NCBI GenBank assembly: GCA_010093995.1
Contig: ML992522.1
Span: forward strand, 62,001-117,773
DNA: 55,773 nucleotides
From: Elsinoe ampelina
Taxonomy: Eukaryota
Direction of reading: 5' to 3'
In this document: positions 13,201-24,312 of the stretch, piece after piece
Layout: each line of letters opens with the position of its first letter
Position numbering within the stretch: the stretch's first letter is position 1
Translations under genes and position numbers: made by a program
The notes under the pieces: model-generated
Seen by the model: only the letters and a program-made list of their open reading frames with translations
Database searches by the model: none
What the model was told of the DNA's origin: nothing

Positions 13201-14214
13201 ACCAACGCCATCAAGTTCACACGCGAAGAATCTACCCGCCGCGTTACCGTCACTATGGGCGTGACCTCTTCCAAGCCCTCCCTTGATCGCCTCCCGATCG
13301 ACTTTGTCCCTTCCACGACCCCAGCAGCCGACATGTCAGACAGCGAATGGGGCACTGGTGCACCAGTCCACCTCTACTTCATGGTCGAGGATACAGGTTG
13401 CGGCCTTTCCACCGAAGAGAAGTCCAAAATCTTCGCACGCTTCAGTCAAGGATCCCCTCGGACGCATACCAAGTATGGTGGTTCCGGTCTTGGCTTGTAC
13501 ATATCTCGCGAATTAGTCGAGCTTCAATCAGGCGAGATCGGTTTTGCGAGCCAGGCAGGAGAAGGCAGCAAATTTGGCTTCTTCGTGCGAGGCCGAGTGG
13601 CCACGTGCCCGGATAAGGGTGTTACTCCAGTATTGCGAAGTGGACGACTCAGCAAGACAGGCGAAGGCCTAGGGCAGCGATTCTCCGTAATGGTCGTAGA
13701 GGACAACATTGTCAACCAAGCAGTACTGAGCAAGCAGCTCCGCAAATTGGGCCACGAAGTCCACGTCGCCAACAACGGTAGTGAAGCACTCAAATTCATC
13801 CAAGGAAGTCGACACTGGCGCGGTGATGACGATCCTGAGGAGAAATCCAAAGCCGACTCACCCCTCGACGCCATCTTCCCAGCCTCTACCATCGAGCCCT
13901 CAGCCCAACACCGCACCACCGCCCGCCCCTCCGACTTGGAGATCCGGCCCGTCTCGCGTTCTTCCCTCCCAGAACTCTCCATCATCCTCATGGACGTCGA
14001 GATGCCCATCATGGACGGCTTGACCTGTGCGGCTCGAATACGCCAGCTGCAGGGCGAAGGGAAGATCCAGGGCCATATTCCGATTATAGCAGTGAGTGCC
14101 AACGCGAGGAGTGAGCAGGTCGGCGAGGCCTTGAAGTGTGGGATGGATGATGCGATTAGCAAGCCTTTCCGGATTGTGGATTTGATGCCGAAGATTGAGA
14201 GGTTGGTGGGGTGA
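10266..14214 (+). CDS. Hybrid sensor histidine kinase (PAS/GAF-like sensor region, HisKA, HATPase, receiver), resembling fungal group XI
   Basis: Two ORFs joined by intron 12324-12375 (GTAAAC..CTGAC..TAG). H-box FIDMTSHEIRNPL, N-box QILINLVTNAIKF, G-boxes DTGCG and GGSGLGL, receiver VVEDN..MDVEMPIMDG..ISKPF. Confidence 0.93.
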
Positions 14215-14844
14215 AGCAGCCATCGATTCGGAGGAGGGAGTGAAAGACACGCAGATTGTCGAACGGTCTCGAAGGGAGGACAGCAGTTGAATGGACGGAG
14301 GGAGGCACAAGGGTAGGACGTGGTCGACGGCCAGCTGGAGGAGAAAGGGTCAAATGGGACGTTCCAGGAGTGAGATTTGGGTCAGCGTGGAAACGAAAGA
14401 GGATCATTCACAAGATACTCAAGAGCTAGCGATATCTCTACTGGGTCATGGGCACTGGATTAAGCAAGGCGTTCGGGGTCATTCACGGGGTGGGCGGACA
14501 GCTGTGGGTTCAAGCATGGCGTTGGCGGCCAAGTGTTTGCAGACTCCTCCATAGCAGGACAGGACAAGGAGCGGTCAATGAAGTGATGAACGTCACCAGC
14601 CTTCTACATTACCGTGTCCTTTGCCACTGCGGATTCTCATCTATCGAATTGCACTCTACTTCAGCTACGAACTCTCGGACTTCATAGACCTCCAGTATCC
14701 CCGTCCTGTGTCATGCAGCTCGACACAGGCGGCTCAACGGCTGGCTGAGTGATCCCATAAGCCTCTGGCCCCCCAATCAGTCCCTCACGCGCTTCAGCTG
14801 CATCCAGCAAGACGCAAATTGCACATGTACATTCCTCGACACTC

Positions 14845-15303
14845 TTGACTGATGCTCCACAGCCAGCTATCCCTCCCCCCTTGTATCACCCAATCCCTTC
14901 CGACGTCCGAGAACAGATCGATCTGCACGCAAGGGAGACGCACGCAGAGACGCCAAACGTGTCGCAAAGAGCTTTGCCACCAAAGCATACATGGCTGGGA
15001 CAAGAAAAGGTGCTTACCATTGAAGTACAACCAACGAGCTTGGCCACGTCGCCGGGCGGACATCGCCACACCCCTAGTCCTGTGGCGATTGTCCGTGCTT
15101 TGGGAACTAACCTCGACATGGCCTCCCTGATAGAGCTCATCGGAACCGCGCATGGGTCTCGATGTGTCTTTTTGGATACGATCCGAAGGTGCAAGAAGAA
15201 GTGGTTTGACGAGCGGGGGGAAGGACTCGGCCATTGGCCACCTTGTGATGCGAGGGAAAGGGGTTCGTCGTGTGGCTGCCACAACTCACTCATCTGTGGC
15301 TGA
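14845..15303 (+). other. Possible small orphan gene or gene remnant
   Basis: The frame is open from 14761 to 15303 with a protein-like, Cys-containing end, but it has no in-frame ATG near the 5' end and no recognisable domain. Confidence 0.2.
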
Positions 15304-15674
15304 GCATTCATGCCTACGTGCAACGAATGTATCATGCCGTTTGCAGGTTCGCTGTTCACGATGGCTTTGGGGCTATTTTCCTTGTATGGCTTACCTGTTA
15401 GAGTACGCTGGCTTGTCGACCGGGAGTGAAAGGAGCACGAGTGCTGGTGGCTCGAATGATGTCTGCCGGACCGGTTCGGGGGAGACTCCTCGCTCCTCGG
15501 AACTAGGGTGGCTTGCTGTCTTTTCGTGTGCTTACGTCTGGCGCAAACCATCTACGCCCTGGACTGGAGAGAGTCAACGTTGCGTCTGGGTTGCCTCGTT
15601 TAGCACATCCTCAGTATGAATCGATTTGATGTCGTCCATGCCCATGTAGGGCACCAAAGCTTGCGTTCAGCTGG

Positions 15675-15817
15675 GAGGTAAGAAGGTACCCATTCCTTGC
15701 GAGCATTTCTGCCCTCTTAGGGGAAGTCTGCCGCGTCGGCATTGAGGTAAGAAGGTACCCATTGCTTGCGAGCATTTCTGCCCTCTTTGGGGAAGTCTGC
15801 CGCGTCGGCATTGAGGT
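15675..15817. repeat. Tandem duplication, 69-bp unit, 2 copies plus 5 nt
   Basis: GAGGTAAGAAGGTACCCATT(C/G)CTTGCGAGCATTTCTGCCCTCTT(A/T)GGGGAAGTCTGCCGCGTCGGCATT starts at 15675 and 15744; 67/69 identical. Confidence 0.95.
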
Positions 15818-18800
15818 GATTGCTTGGAAGTTCCTGGCTAGGAGGCTGACGATCCATGAGCGCTGTTTGACAGCATATCATGATGTAGATCTGAATCTCC
15901 CCTTGGCTGGGCGTAGAAACGGTTGTTTTGGGAGGTCTTCGGGTGGCTGGAATTACGTGAGCTATGCCCGTAAGCTTTTCTAAATGTACTGGCGGGAGGG
16001 GTGTCTGTTGGCACTCCAGGTACGATGTCGTCTGCTCCAACCCCGAACCTCTAGGACGCCTGGAAGTAAGCGGGAGGAGGACGAATCACTCCGCATGCAG
16101 TTGATGGTAAGTAAGCAACGCTGCCAACTGCGAAGGACAATCACTGGCGTTGGTGATTTTGGCATGTTCCGAGATCAGATCGTGTGGGTATCCGAGGGTC
16201 AACTCGATCTTGTCAAAGTAGGTTGATTTAGAGTGTCCTCTCCACGGTTCCAGGCCGATGAAGTGCGAAGTAGGTTGGTGTCTGACCAGGATGGAGAGAG
16301 TATGGAGAAGGGGTTTCCCCGGTCGAGAGCAGAAGGTTTCGCGTAACCGTTGAAGCCATTTCGCTTCGTGATCGATATTGTTTTGTGACTCTATGATCTG
16401 CACGCGGACGTCGTTCCTGGAGTACGATGTTTGACAGAGTTCGACCTGAAAGTGGAACTCGCATTCTAACGTTGAACATAACTAGAGTCTGGTTATTGGC
16501 GATGGATGGTTGGGAAATGATCATCAAAGCAAGGAAGGTGGTAGTAGCACTCCTCGACGCCATCTGGTGCACTTCAGAGAAGGTTGAAACTTTCGTATAG
16601 CTTGGACCATGCCCATGATGCGAGCTTGCTGAGGTCCTGCTTCCAAAATCTCGTCAAGATTCTGACCTGCAAAAATAGACACGGTAGATCAAATATCCGT
16701 ATCTCGGTGGACTTGCCCTAGATACATTGAGATCTCAAGACATTGACGCGAGTGGCATGTTTGAGCTGGCGACGCCGGACAGTCTCGTGAGCATTGTCTT
16801 AGTGTCGGAAGGTCAATAGTCTCGATCTGTATTTCGGCCAGACTCGGTCGAGTGACAAGCAGCATTCGCCTGTGTGGTATCGAATGCTCTTGGCAGTCCC
16901 TGCTGAACGCTGGCGACTTGAGATGCAACGCTTCGTCGAAGAAAGAGTGTCCTCGTTTGGGGCTGAGTTCGCGTCACATGGCCGAAAGTCGCCCGAAACT
17001 GCGTATTGTGGCTGTCTGGCGTTGACACCAAGACGTGATGCGACTTCGTCAGGCGATCAAAGGCTTCGATCGCCGTGGGGAGGCATAACTTTGATCTGTG
17101 GAAAGATGTCTGGTATGTCTGGGCATTGTCGTCAACGCATGAAAAAGAACGTTACCAAGCGAAGAAGTTCGGTCAGGACGGCGATACCAAGACCCAAGCC
17201 TTGGACAGAACAGCGATCCTTTGAACCGAGCCAAGCTCAAATGTCAATGCTGTGAAGACTTCAGTGCAATCAGTGCTTGGCAATCATAGCCACATTGCTG
17301 GTCAGTGAGATGTGAGGCTGGAAAGGTTGGCACCTGCGAACAAGGGCAAGAAAGACCAAGTGAAACAGACAGAACTATAGACAGAGTAGCCAAGACCACT
17401 GGTTGACTGCATTTGCCGAGAAAGTCAATTGGAGTAAAACTTGGGGATCAGGCCGACCTGGTGAGATGATGGTCGACAGGAACAAGGTTCAGGAGCCGGA
17501 GATGGAATCGAATGTCATGAATCGCTAGGATGGATGGACACTTGGACAAGTATCCTTATTCAGGGACACAACGATGAATGGTGCGGTCAGAGACTGCAGG
17601 GTCATGAGATGGACTTTACCAATAATGGGTGTATCAAAGCAATTGGCGCTGGTAGTCGATTCGATCGTTGGGGTGTTTTAGCAAGTGTGCTGGGTAACAT
17701 TAGCGCAGTGAAATTTCCGGCGGTATCAGTTTCTGATTCGTCCCAGAGCCGTGACAGGTCTGCTTTGGGAATGAAGGATTGGCTCGTGGGATGATATTTA
17801 TCCTTCCCCTCATCGAATGGTAGCAGAGCGAGGGCTTGCGAGTGAGGGGCATTTCAAGGATACTACTGGAGATCGAAAGTCGGTGCAGCCACTCACAGCG
17901 TTGCTATTCCCGTGGTCGAGCGAAACACCATTGTTGAAGCAGAGCCCTAAATTGGATCAGAGTCTCCCACACAAAGACAGGGATTGAACAATTCTACTCG
18001 TCATACAACTTATCTCGAGAGGCAAACATTCGGATGTCCAGTCCCGGCCGATCCACGCGGTGTGAACACCATACGACTCTGTAGCGAGATGAATGAAGCC
18101 GATGTACAGGTGGGATGTTACGAAATGCGGTGAGTGTACGATCCAGCTCGCCACATGCTCGCACTCTCGCTGCTTGTCTAGCCCGGCGACGGCAGGTCCT
18201 TGGGATGCGGTTGGATTAGCTTAGGCGGTCTGGCAGATCCGGACAAATCCTTTGATCAGCTGCGTCGGCTGGCTGCGTAACTTACCCAAAGCCCACGACC
18301 CTTGCAAGCGAACTTCTGATCTGCAAACCGGGTGTCACGCCGACCCTGCGAAAGTGACGGGTCAGAGCTCCGAGTTGGCATGCAAGCCATGAGCAGATCT
18401 GCCGCAGAGCGATCTTCTCGAACAGTTCTTGGTCCTGCAGGCAATCATGCAATCATGCGCCTGTGCCGCTGGGTCGCCCAATATACTTCGTCTGGAAGTG
18501 CGCCGACGGCGGCAGAAAAGGTGCAACCAAGTTTGCCATCTACTTTGTGATTCGCTAATGCCAGTACAGAGATGTTCACTAGGGATCTGCTCGTCGAGAC
18601 TGGCCGCATACTGCATCAGTGGTGGTAGATCAGCAAATGGGATCCATCTCTCTCCGGCTTGGTAGCCTCGGTTATCCATGGACCATCACTTGACGCAAGC
18701 GAGGTCCGACAGAGTGTGTACGGAGTTCGCGGTCGCCAAAGGAAGAAGCCAGGTATCACTATCTTTGATCACGCCCTCGTGAAGCAGAACCATGAGATCA

Positions 18801-21800
18801 TGGACACGGTACAAGCGCCGTGTAACAGCCCTGCAGGCGCCTCGACCGCTATTTTAGACAAGGTTGGGCTGCAACAAGATGATTAGCATTGCTTGATTAG
18901 ACGATTTGAAACATGACCATGACAAGCGACTTGCCCGCTCGGTATGGTATGCGAGGTCTGCGCCCACACACATGCGAAATGGCAATCCAGGGAAACGGCT
19001 GATCGACCGAGTACAATTTTGGTGGAGATTTCATGCAATGCTTGCAGACAGTGGCTTGCTGAAGCATCTTTTCATTGGTTGTACGATTCATGTCGTGCAT
19101 CCAGGGCTCACTATCCCGCCCGAACGCTCGTAGTGCCATGTCGACTTTTGGGCGCTAGGTCAACATAGGCGACGGATAATTAGACGAATCAGTTCGTTCG
19201 TCCTGAAGCAGCTTCACATGTTGCGATTGAAGACGCTCGGAGACGACATTCGACTGCTTGTTCACTAATACGGCGCCGAGGAGATGCCAGCACAGAGATT
19301 GACAATTTCGGGCGTGAGGAGATTCTCGCCCAGCCCTGACGTTGATCGACCTGACCCGCGAATGACGATTTTTGCAAACACCGCTTTCCTCTGACACTTT
19401 CGGCTTTCTAGGTAGGTCAGACATGAGCGCCGTCGGCAATTTCTCAGAAGCCGAACATCTCGGAGTCCATCTCCGCCGGCATCTAGACGCAAGAAGGCTT
19501 GATCTGATCTCAACAGCCAGTATCGTAGAAGGAGTTGAAAGGTGGTATGGCTTGAAGTAGACCAACGACTATCGACTCCTGTTCGCCGCGCGTTAGACAC
19601 GGAATGCCAACCAGACCCCTCGGAGCAGGTAAGTATGACGAAAGAAATACTGTAGAACGGCAGCTTTCCGCTGGAGTAGCCGTTCCTGGAGTAGGCAACT
19701 CTGGGCGCAGTGAACGTGCTGCGTGGTCACTCGTTGATGATGCGCTTGTGAGGCAACAAAGTCGACCACCTTCTCGACTGACGTTGTGACTCCCGAAAGC
19801 CAACTGACATTACATGGTGCTGAGTTTGAGATATATCGGGGTAAAGTTGGTACATATCTTTACGTACTACCAGATACAAAACTCTGTGGGCATTCGAGGT
19901 TCGGGCTGAATGCCCAGGGCGCGGCAAAGCTTGTGATGGACTAAAGTCGGGGTCGGCTCAACGCCTGACAGGCTGCAAAGCAGTTCGATGCATATTGGTC
20001 GAGCAGCAGGGGCCGCTGCTTAGCCCGAAGCAGGCAACCAGGCCGACGAAGCTCCTGTAGCGACCCGTCAATTTGGTCGTCATGAATCAGGGAGAGGTGG
20101 TCTGTGGTGCGGGCAGCGGGCCTCGTCGATGAGAGGATCGTTCGTGACATTATTATTATTCGTTACAACCTGTTCGTATGCACCGAGACATAATGACTAT
20201 GCAGGCTGGATGTGGTTGCGATAATACTTGTGCACAGTGACGTAGATGGGTGCTGTATCCACCCGTCTATCGGTGACAAAAATGCGATCGTGACAAGCAT
20301 TATTGCAGGTTTTGAGACCTCTGAAAAGCGAGGATATGCATGCTTGGTCCAACGGGCGCAGGGTCGATGGCGGTCTGGACCTGAGGGATCCAGTCACGTA
20401 TCGAAATTCAATTGGCTCGGTGCGACAGTGTGGGTAGCGCATGTTCCACTCGAACGGTGCAGCGAACTCGGCATTCTTGCCTAACCTTGTCGGAGAGTGG
20501 AGGTGGGCGTGGAGTGTGCTAAGCAGAGACTGCAGTAAATAGTGTGCTTTTTTGAAGCCCGCCTGAAGGTGATGAAATTTCACGGTCCACGACCGTTCCC
20601 GTCTATAGCTTGCTAGCCTGCTTGGTGTTATGCATGTCGGATCGACAGCTCCGTACCTGTAGAGCTGTGGCTGAACGACGCGTCTTGTGCTCAGCGACAT
20701 GTCTGGCTGTGGATCCCGCCGTCTGTCATGGACACGCGCCGAATGAGTTATGCGAATGCGCGGGCATGCTGGCTGTGCTTTCGACTGCATGATATATGAC
20801 GGCATGGAAGACAACGTGACTTGTGCTGCTGCCTGCATACTTCTGCAGAGCAAGTAGATGGCCGACGCGCAACGTTTCCAAGCGGGCGTGGTTCATTATT
20901 CCCGCCCAGCGTCCGTCCGAAGAGGCTCGTGTAGAAGCAGCGCTGACTCGTCCCAATTCATACCCGTCGACGGCGCCGATGATCAAAGATTTGACAAAGC
21001 AGCACACAAAACCAACCCGTTCATCCGTTGCCTGTCTTCACCGTCGGCGGGCATCGGCAAGCACGGCCGCGGCCATAGTTGACCATCCTTCTCGGTCCGT
21101 TGTATCGTCTCACGGTGCAGCGAGGATGGGTGTCACTTGCTGTTTGCGTAGCGTACGAGCCGACAGCGGCGAGGGCGAACACGACAAAGTAGGGCTATTG
21201 CGGCCATTATCATGAAACCGTCCTGGTCGACCAGTTGGAGGACCAGACTTGGGATCACGGCGGGAGCCGTTGACGGTCCTCGAGCTCGAGGTCCCGTGTG
21301 TGTGCGTGCCATGTCTGGTTATTTTTGTCGGTTTTACTGTACCCATTGCGTTGCTCGCCAAGCCCAAGCATGCCCGCGGTGGTTTTTCTCGCAGCAGGGA
21401 AGAGAGTCATTGATCTTTAAAGGAAAGCTGGTCCACTGCCGTGCAGCAGCCAAACTCACTTTATGATAGCCTTTGCGCTCCCGTTACTGCTTGTCTGCCT
21501 TGTTGCTTTGTTGCATATTGCTACTGCTGTCACTCTTGCTTCTGCTGGCCGAACCACTCTGGCGGTACTGGCAGTCTGGTATCCCCACCAGTTGTCGCAT
21601 CCATCACACACCGCGCTCGCCTCTGGCCTCTCCAGCAACACCGCTACCACTCTCCCGTCGCACTCGTGCAAAGTGCCCTCTCGAGTCTCTCCTACTGTAC
21701 CAGCACCTCGCGCGGAGATTCGCGGACGCAAGCAGCAAGTCCTGGCGCAGCAGAGACCCCCAAAACAGCCGGGAAAAAACGTCACTGCTGCGGATATTTT

Positions 21801-22362
21801 CTCTTTGCACCCTTTCCGTCAACAGAGACAAGACACGCGCGGTAGTCGACTCGACTGCCCGGCACTGCAAATTCTGCATCCCATCCTGCCCAGTACCCAC
21901 GTCTCTCTCTCCTACACCAGGTGACCTCTCCCCCCTGGGACGACGACATCTGAACATACATCCTGCAGCTCCCGAATTAACTCTCGGGTCGACTCTTTTA
22001 GACTTTGGTGGCCGCCGAAGCTTCCGACCTGCTTGACTCGCCGAATCGAGCTTGGAGTGGGCCATTCACTTTACAGTATCCCATCTCGCACCTTTTAGCA
22101 GTGCCTTAGCTCGCCGTAGACGACGCACTCTGCTGCTGTTACTGCTGCACTACAGCACACTACCACGCACCTCTGCCACACTGCTCTGCCACATACCCCT
22201 CTGCCCAGCGCCCCAGGCACAACCCGTCCGATTCTTCTTCTGCCCAACCGGCCACCCGGCGCTGAAGCTTCTCCTGCTGATCTGGTCTGGCTCATCTCCA
22301 TCGAACGCCGCCAGTAGATACGCTTTGGGCCCTTGGACCAACTCTGTCGCGACTGATTAACC

Positions 22363-22388
22363 CACGCACGCACGCACGCACGCACGCA
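22363..22388. repeat. (CACG)6.5 microsatellite
   Basis: Read directly from the sequence. Confidence 0.95.
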
Positions 22389-22569
22389 TCGACACGCCCA
22401 CCGCCGGACCTGATCTCTGCGGTCCCCCCTCGTCCCACTGACTGCTTCATCACCACCAGGGCAGGGCATTTTTCTTTCGCATCCAGAAAGCACGGGCCAC
22501 CTGTCTGACGCGCAACGGCTAAGGTTCCCTTTTTGCTTTGCCTCTGTGCTCTACCAATCCAAATTCTTC

Positions 22570-22600
22570 GCTGGTCGCTGGTCACTGGTCGCTGGTCGCT
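22570..22600. repeat. (RCTGGTC)4.4 heptamer tandem repeat
   Basis: gctggtc gctggtc actggtc gctggtc gct. Confidence 0.9.
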
Positions 22601-22971
22601 ACTACCCTCGCCCGCTCCCACGGCCCTCCACCCCACTGGCTCACCAAACTTTCCAACCATATCCCGCGACCACACTTGACTCTCAACTTCCATTCATAAG
22701 ATCCGCGTCGCTCTCTGGCCCTCCCCCAGAAGCTTCACCGATCGCCCGTTGCAGGTCCCAGAAATTACATCTGCGGGAGCCTGCGCTTGCTCTTCTCTGC
22801 CACGGCTCTACCCGCGCCTGTTACGGTCAACATACCCACAACTTGCTCTCACCTCTCCAGAGCTCTCCCTCTTAACTGCTCTCCTCTCTCAGAAAGTCTC
22901 TACCCTTTGTACTTTGTAGCCAAAACCCCTAACCTTCACCTTCGTCGACAAACTATAGCCATCTGCCAAAC

Positions 22972-24312
22972 ATGAGCGGCAGTGGCTCTGGGCCTCTGGT
23001 GCCCACCTTCTCCGGCTTCGTGCAGAACAGCATGGACGGTCTCGTGCTTTTCGAGGCTTGCCTTAGCGGGAAGCTTCATCACGTACCCCGAAGACCACAC
23101 GATAGAGAACGAGCAAACCTGATCAAGAGCGGCAGCATCTTCATCTACGAAGAAAACGCGTCGGGCATCAAGAGATGGACCGATGGCGTCGCCTGGTCTC
23201 CTTCGCGCATCCTCGGCAATTTCCTCATCTACCGCGAGCTCGAGAAACCATTTCCTCCCGGCGAGAAGAAGCGCGCAATGAAACGCAAACGCTCTTCTCA
23301 GATTGGAGATCCCAGCAATCCTCGCACCTCGGAAGATCGTGACGGAGCTGAAGTCAGCATGCCTCCAACCCCACCCTCCCCAAAACCAATGCAGACACCG
23401 ACTGGAGATTCGACGACGACACAGGAATCCGAGCGGGAAATGGACAGACAGTTGATCGGCTCACTCGTGGACAGCTACGGCTTTCGCCCGGATGGGCTCG
23501 TAAAGAAGACCATGAGCGTCGCCATCAACGGAGTCTCCCACCATCTGGTTAGCTACTACAAGGTTGGAGACGTCAAGTCGGGAAGATTGTCGCGACCTCT
23601 GGAAGATGCTAGGCTCGCCAGTCTCACCATCCGGCCAGAATTGTACTTGAAGCAGAACTTCCGCACTCCAGTCGAGGACACGGAACATTATGTGGTGGAT
23701 CCTTCAAATATGCACGCTCACCCTGGACAGACCGCGTATCCTTCAATGATGCCCCAATACGCCATGCGACCGGGAACACAGTACATCCCAGGCTACCCGG
23801 CCATGTACAACGTACCAGCTTCTCAAGCAGGCATGTACCAGCCTGGACTGCCCCCAGCTCACAGCTACCCGCAGCAGTACCCGGACTATTATCAACAGAA
23901 GCACCAATATAACACCTCGACTCCGACCTCAGCGGGAGCTCACTCAGCAGGTGCACCTCCTTACCAACATGCCAGCTCGGCAACACCTCATCACGCCCCG
24001 CCAGCGCAGAGTCCATATACGGCGACAGCGACGACGCACCATGGCACTAATAGCCCGGCTCAGCACATCCCATCGGCTCCAGCGCACCACACAACCCACC
24101 AGAACAATTATCACGCTAGCAGCTCACATCAGCAAGCCACGGCTGGCAGCCCAGATGGAGTGAATAACAGCATGCAACACGTTGGCTCTGGTAGTTACGA
24201 CATGTATGATCGCAGGACGACCAGCGGGTACGGAGCAACCGGGACAACATATGCACAGACCGGCCCGTCGAGCTATACAACCAGCCACGGAGGCCCAGCC
24301 AGGATGTGGTAG
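22972..24312 (+). CDS. WOR1: Gti1/Pac2 (WOPR) family transcription factor, Wor1/Ryp1/Sge1 clade
   Basis: Intronless 446 aa ORF. WOPRa (LFEACLSG..RRPHDRER..IKSGSIFIYEENASGIKRWTDG..WSPSRILGNFLIYREL), clade-typical PFPPGEKKR, WOPRb (GSLVDSYGF..GLVKKTMS..HHLVSYY), and a Q/P/Y/H-rich tail. Confidence 0.93.
   Translation: MSGSGSGPLVPTFSGFVQNSMDGLVLFEACLSGKLHHVPRRPHDRERANLIKSGSIFIYEENASGIKRWTDGVAWSPSRILGNFLIYRELEKPFPPGEKKRAMKRKRSSQIGDPSNPRTSEDRDGAEVSMPPTPPSPKPMQTPTGDSTTTQESEREMDRQLIGSLVDSYGFRPDGLVKKTMSVAINGVSHHLVSYYKVGDVKSGRLSRPLEDARLASLTIRPELYLKQNFRTPVEDTEHYVVDPSNMHAHPGQTAYPSMMPQYAMRPGTQYIPGYPAMYNVPASQAGMYQPGLPPAHSYPQQYPDYYQQKHQYNTSTPTSAGAHSAGAPPYQHASSATPHHAPPAQSPYTATATTHHGTNSPAQHIPSAPAHHTTHQNNYHASSSHQQATAGSPDGVNNSMQHVGSGSYDMYDRRTTSGYGATGTTYAQTGPSSYTTSHGGPARMW

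Larger units (their letters stand above)
21466..22971 (+). promoter_or_regulatory. Putative long AUG-free 5' leader of the WOPR regulator
   Basis: No ATG triplet on the + strand between the ATG at 21463 and the start codon at 22972. The stretch is pyrimidine-rich, and CAT (ATG on the minus strand) is frequent in it. Confidence 0.6.

Noticed and set aside
15675..15817. CRISPR-like or LTR-like repeat
   Set aside because: Two adjacent copies with no spacer, no cas or retroelement genes, and a eukaryotic context.
19840..19850. TAAAGTT as a WOPR autoregulatory binding site
   Set aside because: A single partial match in several kb is expected by chance.
20193..20240. Tiny Cys-containing ORF MTMQAGCGCDNTCAQ as a metallothionein
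   Set aside because: Only 15 codons and 3 Cys, within chance expectation.
14215..21465. Transposon or RIP-degraded element
   Set aside because: No transposase, RT or integrase motifs, no terminal repeats seen, and no AT/TpA enrichment.
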